A DNA stretch of 64,000 bases from Magallana gigas (Eukaryota), in assembly GCF_963853765.1 (NCBI RefSeq), contig NC_088854.1, forward strand, positions 31,682,001 to 31,746,000, read 5' to 3'. Shown piece by piece: positions 1 to 12,000 of the stretch (position 1 is the stretch's first letter; every line of letters starts with the position of its first letter). Both the position numbers and the translations under genes were made by a program. A model generated the notes under the pieces. The model was not told where the DNA came from. It worked only from the letters and a program-made list of their open reading frames with translations, and did not search any database.

Positions 1-198
1 CCAGGATAACCTAAGTATCAAAACAATCCATTGTTATAAGAACTGCTAAACACCCCAATCCCCTTCCCTACGCCATGTCCCAATAGAATAGAGGACAGAC
101 ATGCACCTTTAAGGGCAAAATGAATGCACTGTCCATCCATGATAAAAATCAAAATCACTTCCAATATTATAACCCATTTGAAAATAATTTTACTTACT

Positions 199-200
<2 letters not shown>

Positions 201-246
<46 letters not shown>
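201..246. repeat. (CT)23 microsatellite preceded by TACT repeats
   Basis: Direct reading. Confidence 0.98.
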
Positions 247-249
<3 letters not shown>

Positions 250-336
250 GTATATAAGTACATTAGTTTGGACTGATAGAAAATACAAGATTAATGTATT
301 TTTTCTATTTTTGCAACTAATAATATTTTAAGATAA

Positions 337-1092
337 AGATTGTCAAACAATCTTTCAGTCCCAGCTTCCACTGCTCCTGTAGAACGTTTATTTAGTATAG
401 CTGGGAAGATTTTCAAACTAATAGGATGCAGTTAAAAGATGAAACCTTTGAAACTTTGATCATAAAGTGCAACAGCAATCTTTTGTCTTAAAGTGTCCTC
501 AGCATAAAGAAATCCGATTAAAATATATTAAGAAATATAACTGTGAAAAACCCTCTGTTTATAAATTAATACAATTAAGTGTCCAAAATTATAAAGATTT
601 GTGTAATCTGGGGAAGTATCTCTATTTAGTGCTTTAATAACGGCAACAGTATTCCATAAATTGTTTTCTATTATGCATGAATTCTGAGTCTCTATATCAT
701 ATCTGACATATAGTATCATGCCAAATGTCTATAAATATCTTTTTACTTAATATGTAATATGTTGTTCATAATGCCACAAGATGATATATATTGAGCAAAT
801 AAAGAATGACTCTTGTATATATAGTCATTGAATTTGAACCTGATACTGAACATGAACCTGTAGATATATGTTAAAGAGTGTTTTATATTTGAAACATTTG
901 CAAACACTCTTTATTAGCTTTACTTTTTAAAAAGAAAGTAATGGTAATGGTAACGCATTACTTTACTCATGTAATGGTAATGTAATGCATTACTTCAAGA
1001 AAATCAAGTAATGGTAAGTAATTTAATGCCCAAATTCATGAAGTAATGGTAATGTAATGCATTACTTTACAATGTAATTCGCCCCAAGCCTG
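337..1092 (+). mobile_element. Decayed hAT-family DNA transposon, right end
   Basis: 337-473 reads RLSNNLSVPASTAPVERLFSIAGKIF.. then, after a frameshift, KDETFETLIIKCN, matching the hAT C-terminal dimerization domain. Clustered GTAATG subterminal repeats occupy 938-1079. The putative terminus at 1092 reads CAGGCTTGGGGCGAATTAC on the minus strand. Confidence 0.8.
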
Positions 1093-1306
1093 CTTGCAAG
1101 CTTTTGATAACAGATAAATCAGCTATGAAAAAATTTATGTTTGTAAGACAATTACTGAACAACCTGTGGAATATTCTTCCCAAACATCTTTTGCTTGACA
1201 TTTCTGTATGAAGAAACTTCTATCGTAATTGGGAGTTTCATTTGATAAAGCAAATTGGGTTACCAGTAATATCCTTCAATTATGCATGTATAAATCTATC
1301 GCACAG

Positions 1307-4059
1307 GGAGGAATTGGAGGAGTTTCAGTCCCTTTGGAAGGAGGTCCGGCGTGAGATAAACGAGATGGAACAGCTGATTGCCAATCGTCTCGGGGGACTG
1401 GTGATGGGCAACGACAACTTTAACCCTCTACTGGCCCTGGAAATCATCCACAAGGTACACAATGTCTCTAGCCCCATTATTTAATGACCAGTTTCTATGC
1501 TTGTAAAAGTAACAATTTTTTAAGGGAGACAATTATATCAGCTCTTTACCAACATCACTCTGAAATTATACTTGCCTGACTAATTGTGGCTTCCCTGAGA
1601 TGTGTTTAGTGGTACATTTTACTGGTATACATGTATGTGTATAGGGGTTTATTTGGTGTGGTTTGACTATATGATTGGTGAACAGAAACACTGTAATAGC
1701 TATGGACAAGGAAGGTGATAAATACAATGTAATTTTAAGCTAATATAAAACAGCTGATCAAAACATATTATGATAATTTTGTACTGATCAGCAATTTTTT
1801 AAAATTGTTTTGTACTGTAATTTTGAAGTCCTCCTGAAATAACTCCTGCTGAAAAATTGAGCTTTGCATAATTTTTTCCAAAATCAAAAATAAAATTAAA
1901 AGTTTATCATGGGAAAACTGGATTAAAGTTGAAATAGAGAGATTGATTAACAAATCTGAGTTTTGTTTTTTTTCTTCCATAGATGACAGAGTTGATCAAG
2001 GAACAGTTCTTCCAACACCAGATGTCCCAGAACAAGGACGACGAGATCGCGGCCATGGAAACGACCTCTGGACACTGGCCCTCCGAGGGGTCAATATCCG
2101 GGCTCCAGTCGCTGTATGGGGACGATTCCATTCAGGAGAGCCTCTCAGATGTAAGTGTTTGTGGCCAGCTTTGTGCATTTGATTCAGTACATGCACATTT
2201 CTGTATTCATGGAAGGAGATGTTTTTATTTTTGAGTGATTGAAAAACAATCATTCAAAGAATAATTGAACTTTTTTTTCAGTTAGATATTAAACATTTGT
2301 AATTTTTATTCAGCTAAATGATATTTTTTAGGGGGAATTTTTTTTGATGTTCATGAAAGTTATTTTTGATACATTGTATTTAAATTCACCAGGAGTAGAT
2401 TTTATAAGATCTTTTAGATACTTTTTAATCACTGATCCGCCAAATGTCTTCAACAATGAAAATTATAAAAAACATGGAAACTGTTGAAAAATTCTTTATT
2501 TTTTGTTTTTTCTGCATCTTCTCAGATTACAAAATATGATGGTAAATGATTTTGTTCTTTACAATTTATTCAGTAATGTATTTATATGCATTGTAAAAGT
2601 AATTTAATCTTTTATATACATGTATATACCCTGTACTTTTGATGGTGTTTAAAAGCATATTAAGAATTACATAGAGGAAAACTCAGTCCTCCCAATGTTT
2701 GTAGATAACATATTAATGGTGATCCCAATGAAATAACATGTTGGTGAACAGGTACCACTTCAACAGTATAATATTTCATCTACAATTCCTTCAAATAAGT
2801 GTGTATTAATTAACATAAACAGATATGTTTTTGTAATCATATTCATAAACCCAATTTAAAATCTATGCATTCCCTCTTTGAAAAAAATTAAACTGTAATC
2901 AGTTTATCATATTAATTAATGTATAAGACTCTACAACTAATATCATTACCATGATTTTGTGAGTTTTGTCTACTGCTCACTGTCATTTTGTAATTTACAT
3001 ACCATTACACTGTATATAGTGAAATACTATCAGGATATGTCTGTATATGTGCACTTTTAGACTACCGGTATATATTGATCTTAGCTGCGTCATATACTTC
3101 TGGACAATTACACAATGTTTTTGCCTTTGTGATCATCATTAAAGATCTAAATTTTAGTACATGTTTTATCAACAAAACATTTGACAGCTGGGACTTTCTG
3201 ATTAACTGGATATAGTTTAATTTCTACACTGTGAGAATTATCTCTCTTATCAAAGGGAATTTCTGCCTTAGTTGTCAGATCTTTAAGTGAGTTGTTCTTA
3301 TTTGCAGCTGAAGGAGTCAATTTTACAAGAAGTACGACAAGAATTACAGGAGAGCACCCAGTGGCTCCAAAAGGAGATGAGGGTAAGTTACAGGTTGTTA
3401 TTACATTATTACAATGTATGGGAAAGTTACATATAATAGTTACATTATCATGATATACAGATATGTTACAGACTGTTTTTACAATATTACAGTGTGCAAG
3501 TAATTAAGTTACAGGCATTTGTTATGATATTACATTTTACAGGATAGTAACGACTTCTTGTTAGTTACATTATGGGCTTTTAATCACAATCTTGCAAGAT
3601 AAATTGGAAGATTTTCCTACTGGTAAAATGCAACCAATGGTTATAATATTACATCATCGTGTACCTGTTTTTCATAGATTAATTAGTTCTAAACATATCT
3701 TTTATTTTGTATGGGTATCATATGTGCAATGTTTAAACCACCTTTCACAGAAAATGAATCTTTGATTTTTTTTGTCTGTGCTATTGTAACAGACAATCCA
3801 AATAGATGGCATATTACTCAAACTTGCCTATGATTGGAAATGGGTACTACAATGTAATTGGGTACCATCTCTACACATGTAACTTTGAAATGTATGAAAT
3901 AAAATTCATGAAATGCATGTAATTACCCAGTAATCAAAAACTTATACTTTTTTTTAGAACAAAGAGAGAGAACTGAACAAACTGAGGATGGAGGTCATGT
4001 CACAGAGCATAAAGAAAGGAAGCACCCGACAGAAGCATTACTATGAGACGGATGTCTAA
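1307..4059 (+). CDS. 3' end of an unidentified helical/coiled-coil protein; exons 1307-1454, 1983-2150, 3308-3382, 3958-4059; C-terminus HYYETDV*
   Basis: Four GT-AG exons join in frame: EELEEFQSLWKEVRREINEMEQL...LEIIHK / MTELIKEQ...SLSD / LKESILQEVRQELQESTQWLQKEMR / NKERELNKLRMEV...HYYETDV*. The 5' part lies upstream of the window. Confidence 0.85.
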
Positions 4060-6481
4060 CCAAACCGAAAGTAAAAGTAGATATCAAAGTGAAAGTGAAA
4101 GTTTCTGCCAAGGACTTGTTGAAACAAACATTATCTACAGACACCTTATGTGACAGGAAGTTAATAACAATTAACAAATTGATCTGATTTATGAATATGA
4201 AATGAATGTATTGATAGAGAAGCAAAAATATTTACAATTTTTGAAGAAGTACAGAGAAATTGATGAATTAATGATGAAAAGATGGACAAGTGGTGTGTGT
4301 GTACAAGAAAGTTGCTGTTTGGTTACAGTGTTCAAATGAAATATGTTGATTTTTAATTTTAATTTTTTTTTTTTACAAATAAAGGCATCAGGTACATGTA
4401 TACTTAAATATTTTTAAAATACAATAATATCTTTATCTTTTTGAAAGTTAAAATGTGTTTTGCAATGATTGTTGAAATTATTTGATATGAAGCTTTCAGT
4501 TTGCTTTCTTTCCTCTTTCAGTACATATACTATTAAAATTGATTTTGAACTTGATATATGTGTTTCATTTGTATAAAATATGTGATTGCGCTGATTGATA
4601 AAATGTAATGTGCATGTTGATAAAATATTTTTTACTGAAATGAAATATAGGATTTTATTGATTTTTTTTAGTATTTACTTAATATTGGATGATATCTTTT
4701 GTAGCTACTGTAGAAAGTCTTTCCATTGTTGTGTGACTGTTGGCATTTTTACATTCCTGATGTGTTTTTTTTTTTTATCTATAATATATTTATTTTCATG
4801 ACAAGTGTTAAATGTTCTCTATATTTTTATAACCAATGTTCAACCAGCAATATTGATAAGTCAATGTGCATTTCCATGTAAACAACTTTGTTCTTTGATG
4901 CTAATTTAAAATGCCATTTTATATACAGTGCATTTAAACCAATATTTTCTGTTCATATGTAAAATTTCTTTCTTTTTTTTAAATTGGTCCCATGCATGTT
5001 CAGAATTACACATACTGTAGTGGTTTATTGAACTGTAAACAAAGACACTCTAAAGATGCTGAAATGTGAAAGCCAAAATCTGAATATGTACAATTATTTG
5101 TTGATCTACATTGTAGGAAGTCAATTTTTTTTTTATTTTCTACACAAATTTGTCAGTTTTAAATTTGATGATCAATCGAATGATTTTATGTGCCTTACAT
5201 CATCAAAATTTTAATAAATTCCTTTTCTGGCATATGTATATTATATCTAATAACAAAATGGCCATGCACATGGTTGTTTGGGTGGTAAAGGCGTTGTACA
5301 TGTATTTAACTCTGGCAACAATTATTACCTTCAGGCCTTTTAATTATTTAATATATATATGCCTTGTTCATTAATTGTTCTCCTGATTTTCTTCCAGAAC
5401 AGAGTGCCTCTTAAGATTTTACACTCATACAGACACTGTTCAAATAATATTGCTCAATGATATATATCTGTCTTTTTAATGGATTCAGTTGAATAGGTGA
5501 TGACATTGCATTTTAAGGTCTTTTAAGAAGGCTCGATGGTCGCAGCCATTTTTTTTGACTGTTTTGATTTCTTTTAAAAGAAGAGCTCTGTAGGAAAAAT
5601 TTTAAAAATAAAATAAATGTTTTTTCTTTACTTAATAATAGTTTATAGCTTAATTAACAAATCATATCTTTAGATTTTAGGTAGATGAACTGGTTAATTT
5701 CTTCACCATCCAGCCTCCTTGAAAACAAGTGGATTTTTTTTTCACATTCTACATGCATGTGTTCTATACAATTTGTTATATATATAGACCAATATAAAAT
5801 TGTTTTAAACATGTTCTAGAACATGTTTTTGTTACTTGTTAATCAAGATGGTTTCTAATGATAATTTTCTTTTTTTTAAAATGAAAATATGACATTGTTG
5901 AGGTTTTTATACAGAAGATGTCGAGGCAGTAGTGATTTACAGTCAATTTTTGTACAGGTTCCATTGTTTTGGTGCTATATACATATGTAATTTCTTGTCA
6001 AATGACTGGTTCATGATTATTAGTCTTTCTTTGAAGTATGGATGCATGTTGTATCAAAGCGAGAATATTAATTATAGGTCTTCCCTTTTCTGTTCAGTCA
6101 ATTTTGTCTTCTCTATGATTTTATTTAGAATGTGTAGTTTATAATCTGACATGTATATTTCACATTTTCCATTTTATAAACTACTGCAGTTTTATGCTTT
6201 TGTTCATTGTTTTGAAGTTAATACTTATATTTGCTTAATACTGTCTTATCTAAATGATTATTTGTACGATTTCTCAACTATAAATTTAATTTTATGTGCA
6301 GGCAACCATTTATATGATTATGGGCAAGTTATTTCTAAAACCTATATATATGTTCATTGTTTTGTTGTTATACAATTGTGATTACTCTGTTCATTCCAAG
6401 ATTGTTTTCAGTAGTTTATTAGTAGAAAAACAACACCTTATGAAATACACCATTTCATTTGAACTGTTTGTTAATTACATC

Positions 6482-6520
6482 AATAAAATATTTATGTAAT
6501 AAACTGATCTTTTTTTTTTT
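6482..6520 (+). terminator. Candidate distal poly(A) signals of the + strand gene
   Basis: AATAAA at 6482 and 6498 followed by a T tract; proximal alternatives at 4378 and 5213. Confidence 0.5.
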
Positions 6521-6894
6521 TATTTTAAAGTCCTAATCAGAAATAAAATTATGCAAATGCAGTTGAAATATTTCAATATTTTTGGTTCTGCATTGCTTTC
6601 AATTCTCCTTGAACCATAGCAAGATTTTTGAAAAAGTTTCAACTATATCAATATTTAAGCAGGGGCAGAGGTTAATATAACTTCAAACAGTTTTTTAAAA
6701 ATATTGATGCAAGTGTAAAATTTAAACCATTAAAGAGAAAGAAATATTCACAAAGCTGTTGAACACTGAGAGAAATCCTCAAGTTTGACAAAATCTGATG
6801 ACATCTAACATATAAATCACACTTGTGTGGTGAAACATGCTCAATTATCTACTGTGTCAATTATGCTGATTTTGGGTCAGAAACTTCAGAGTGC

Positions 6895-6900
<6 letters not shown>

Positions 6901-6954
<54 letters not shown>
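6901..6954. repeat. (AT)27 microsatellite
   Basis: Direct reading. Confidence 0.98.
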
Positions 6955-6957
<3 letters not shown>

Positions 6958-6967
6958 TTCTTTACCC

Positions 6968-7623
6968 TTTATTCAGTCAAAGGGAAATAACTCAAACAAT
7001 TGAACGGAACACCATTTCAGTATTTCATGATTTATTGCATGAAAACATTCATGATTGAAGGTATTTACATACTGATAGGATTTCACAAAATATCACATGA
7101 CACTGCTTTCCTGTGCTTAATGTGTGTACATCCCCAATGGTGCAGCAAATATATTTGTAAATATATTAAACAAAATTGATAATTCAACAATGTAATCATA
7201 AGGATGCAGTTTAAATAACACATACTGGATATTTCAGAAAATGACAAGTTTTTTAATAATACAACTTTTGATAAAATATTAATCTAATGTTAATTTAGCA
7301 CACTGGAGTAGCCCCCAACCACCCCCACCCCCTCTCCCACCCCACCCTTCTTTCTTTCAATGTGTTAACTCAACAAGCGCTGTTATTGCACAGGCAAGGA
7401 AAGACAACTCTTACAAATTCTCTCTACAAAATAGCAATGACACAGACAACATATAAAACATTATGCTGATGCACACACATAGACTAGAATATCAAGATCA
7501 GGAAGGTATCTGGATTTCCTATCCAATCCCTGTATACTTTTACAGGATTTATAACTATTTACAGTCAAGACTTCTCTACAGTTACACCCGAAACAACTGA
7601 CCAAGATATAACAAAATTTTATT
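6968..7623 (-). terminator. Candidate Robo poly(A) signals: AATAAA at 7618-7623, 7031-7036 and 6968-6973
   Basis: Canonical hexamers on the minus strand; the first two are followed by GU-rich downstream sequence. Confidence 0.5.
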
Positions 7624-7799
7624 GGAATCGGTTAACCAAAAACATTAATTAAATGAGGGTGTCTAAACTTCCTATATATGGAATATTCTGTGATTGATAT
7701 ACAGGTATAAGCATCTTAAGAAAATAAAGATAACTCGGTTAAAGAAATAAACAAAAGAGAATATCACAAGAACAGAAAATTATGCATATAAAGGATGTG

Positions 7800-7804
<5 letters not shown>

Positions 7805-7838
<34 letters not shown>
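7805..7838. repeat. (CT)17 microsatellite in the Robo 3'UTR
   Basis: Direct reading. Confidence 0.97.
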
Positions 7839-7843
<5 letters not shown>

Positions 7844-8995
7844 ATGCACACTTTCTTACAAAGCCTACATACTAATCACAGCTTTTAATTATAATTCTCT
7901 CAATCCCATTTCATTCACTCATCATAACATATAATATAAATACATGCATGTACATATTCTGGACAGTCAGTCAAGAGTGAATCATACAGATTTTCACATC
8001 CATCAGCATTTATCTGACTGCTACATGAATTAAATAATTAAAAGAAAACCAAAAAACATGCAATGAAGTATCATTGGTTTTTAAGCAATAAAAATACAAA
8101 GCAATTTGTGTAAAATATCAATTCATGTACATAGCAGATATTTTTGGTTTATCATAGGTGGTTTTGTATGCAATACAGTATATATATCTTGTACTATATA
8201 TTCTACATCAGTTTTGTTCATGTTTTAGCAATATGGAGGAAGATGCTTCTGGGTTTCAGTTATTTTCTAGCAGATGAGAGATGTTGATCAAAGACAAGCA
8301 CATCGTCCTTTGGAGGCAGACGTACGACACCTTCAGAAATATACAGCACACTTGTCACATGACTTCAGTTACCAACAGCAACAGACATGTCAGATAAAAG
8401 TTTGAACACATTGGCAATAATGGTGGAAGAAAACACACATATATTATATACACATCTAAATATTGCCAGTTTATGATCATGGATTTCCTAGAGAACAGAA
8501 CACCATCACAATGTTTTGGATATAGGTCTGCTTCAGCAGCAGTTCTGACAAAAAACATATTGCTTTTTCATACAAGCACCGAGTTGATTAAGATCTGTGC
8601 AGTCATCTTCAGTAAAAACATCCATTAATGTTCCATAGTCCAAATTATCCACAAAAACAGCACAGGATATTTGATTGTCATCCAATTTCTACACCAGACC
8701 ACAAGTCATAAAAGCAATGTCTACTGGAATCTTTCCATAGTAGATAAAGTCAATCTACTAAGTCACTTCAGTATCACTATCTTTGCTCCTGTTGTCCATT
8801 ACGCCAGCCAGAAAGAAGTCAAAAGGGTTGGCAAATAATGCACAATTAAGCTATGTTTCAGCAGATTATGGCACTAAAAGCACTCCTTTATGTAACAACA
8901 GCCAACACACGGGACTACAGAATGGATGAGCAGGCTTCTCTTTGGAATTATGGGTAGTACAATAGCACAGGCAGAGATTTAAGGGCTGGCTATTC

Positions 8996-9015
8996 TCAAA
9001 CTTTCAGTGTTCCTG
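8996..9015 (-). CDS. robo: Robo terminal coding exon (..PGTLKV*)
   Basis: ttttttccttgtag acceptor, then CA GGA ACA CTG AAA GTT TGA, followed by GAA TAG. Confidence 0.75.
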
Positions 9016-12000
9016 CTACAAGGAAAAAAAAACAGCTTGTGTCATCACAAAAATTCAGAAGTTTGATTGTTAATGACAATTTCAGCATGCAATGTTCGAG
9101 CCTAGAATAGTTAGTACATAATAATTTAAAGTATAGAGAAAATAGGAGTGATAGATTTAAAAGAGTGCAGTTCTTTAGTGTATAGCAATGAGGACAGTGT
9201 AAGAGAAACTTACGCAGTCCCTCTTTAGAAGTGGGCTCTACGTTTATTCCACTATCTTGCCCCTCGTCTTTAGAATCCTCTGATTTTAAGACAGAGGGCG
9301 GAGGTTGGAATTTGGGTCGGCATGCTTTTTGTGGGACAGCATTAGGGAAGTTGGGTTTGTTGTATGAGGGTACATGACTATCTATAAGTGAAGAGCATTT
9401 CTACATTAAAAGTGTGCTGATTTTGCTGTTTTTTAAGAACCCAAAGAGACCTTCAGAGAGAGTTTTGCTGAATATGTTAATTAATGTTCCTCAACCACTT
9501 TGAACTTCAAATCGTACTCACCGTGTTGAGAATATTTTGACTGGTTCTGTTGGATGGACGATCCCGTGGGAGAATCTTTCCTATTGGGCCACTTTCCTGA
9601 AAAGAATTAACAAATTAAAGCACAATTAATTAAATGCAGATCAATTAACTAACAAGGCTTCTTCTTTTATCTGTCATCAACTGTTCTTATAAATGTTGCA
9701 ATCTGTTATCAACATGGTGCTATATGTACCTTGGTCCATAAGTTGCTTCTTTCGTTGTGACTTTGGATATGGTTTGCGCACAACCTCGCTGAAGTTGCTG
9801 TCGGTGCTGTAAGGACTGGTGGGGCGAGCACGGTGGTGTCGCCGCTGTTTCCTCACCACTGTAAGCAACACAGCGAAATCATTATAAAGCCCATCAACAG
9901 AGCAACAACAAGCTAACAACAAAAAATTGCATTATATGATAAAATAATCAAATGCTTGGGTAATGTACTCCTTTACTTGCTGCTGTTCAAATAACAAAAT
10001 AAATGGGCAAATGTTTATACTGCTGCACAACACTATGCTCAGATATCACTGCACTAATTAACTTGGTGTGTATTCTAATAAAATATTAACCACTTTTCTA
10101 CTGGAGTCTTAATCTACAGAACCTGCAGCTATTTTCTAAATACCTAATGAGTGTACACATGCTCATAATGAATCAACATCAGTGACACCGCAAGTTTTAC
10201 GTTTCTTGATTATTTTTTCACACCTTGCTTGTCGGCATTGGGATCGGAGACAGTTGATCCGACCACCGTTAGCCCAGACATCTCTGCTGCCTTGGCAACA
10301 GTGCTGGCAAAGTCGGCTTCGTTAAGGAATGCTTCATCACTGTCGCTATGACAACTGGAATGCTCGCTACTGTCCTCCGTGTTGCACTGGTCAGTGTAAC
10401 TAGGCCACGTCTCCACGCCTACAGGGGAAAAATGTGTCATGTTGTAACCCAACTTTCACTTTCAGTGTTAAAGCAACTTTCACTTCAGAAAAATCCAAAA
10501 TCTCTTCACAATGCATCAAACACTGCAAAACTTTTTTTGTGTTTAGAAGGCTAGCATTTTATTTAGGCATTTGAAAAGAGTTGTATTAGGAAGCATTTAG
10601 GCCTGAAAGCTGACTTGGAAATATATTTTCATGAGAGAAAGTAAGATGCCTAGAAAGATGCAGAAATACTAGAGAATCATGTACAGCAGTGGTTTTGATT
10701 ACTATTTTTGCTAGGAGATTGATATTCAGAGTGAGGCAGCAGTAAAGAGTACCCATCTACCCAGCCAATCAAACTTCTCTACATATGCATACATTGTCAT
10801 AAAATTCTATCAAGTTTTAAACTATGCATCAAAGTACTAAATGCATCCGATAATTCACTTGAACATGCACAATTTTCTCAATATCAGTGAAAGCAAGCAA
10901 CAATTTTCATGTCTAACATGCTTGCTAATCAGTTCAAAGCAGCGCAATAACATGTCTGGCTCTGTATGGGCAGAAATCAAAGCTTTCACAACGTCAGACT
11001 CTCAAAGCTGGCTACAGCTAAATCTACCATGTGTAAGACCGCTAGGAAATATGCCAAGCTAAGCATGCAGTATTCATGTGCTCATTGACTAGCAGGAACT
11101 CGAAAAATGTTCAATTCTTACTTCAATAGAAATTTTTACAGCAATAGAACTTTTAATATAATAAGATCAAAAATCTTTAAAGGAAAGTTTCATCAAACAA
11201 ATTAATGTTTCCTGTAGTGTTCCTGCCATTTCAAAAGCTAAGCATATATTCTAGCAAACATGATAATTTCTGCTCTAGCAATTAGAGAACTCTTTTTCAC
11301 ATACACACTTTTCTGCTTGCATCAGTCACCCTTGCCAATTTCAGCATTACAAACTAGCTTGCTTATACTATTAATGTTTTGAAAGTGAAATATGTATTTG
11401 AGAATACAATTCCGTTTATGGGGTTTCAAATCTGTTTTTATATCATGCTGTAGCAGCTGATGATGCAAGCAGAAAATAATCATCACTCCACAGAAATCTG
11501 CCCAATACCTGACATGTTACCGCCGTCATCATGCTCTTCATTTTCTCCCTCCTTTTTCGGAGAGTTCTCATCCTCTGTCTCCAACTCAGTGGACTCACCA
11601 GCGTAATCTGGACCATTGTCGGAGACAGGTGAGTCTGCGTTTCTATGGTAACCATCCACTCCTATGTTCATTGGGTGAACATCCATCCTACAGAGAAAAA
11701 AATATTTTTTCTCATTCATTTCAAGCTTCCTTAAAAAAGTTCTTCAAATATTTTTTGTACTTTTATGAACAATATTTCACATACTGAGTTATAATTCTCT
11801 ATATTGGATATGTGAATACATATGTATTAAAGAAACTTTTGTAATGATCTTGCGAGTCCACTTACTTGTTATTATGATAGACGGGGGAGCAGGGCTCATT
11901 CATGCCGGACTGACAGGTGTGATCCCCACACGGTCCCCCATCCCCGCCATGCACATTACAGTGTCCAGGGAAATTGGGGGGCATGTTGTAGGCCCCAGGG

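Noticed and set aside
8990-8998. Stop-codon readthrough extension of Robo
   Set aside because: TGA is followed by GAA TAG, so readthrough would add only two residues.
11028-11088. 61-nt cassette exon between cytoplasmic exons
   Set aside because: Not a multiple of three, contains an in-frame stop, and has a weak donor.
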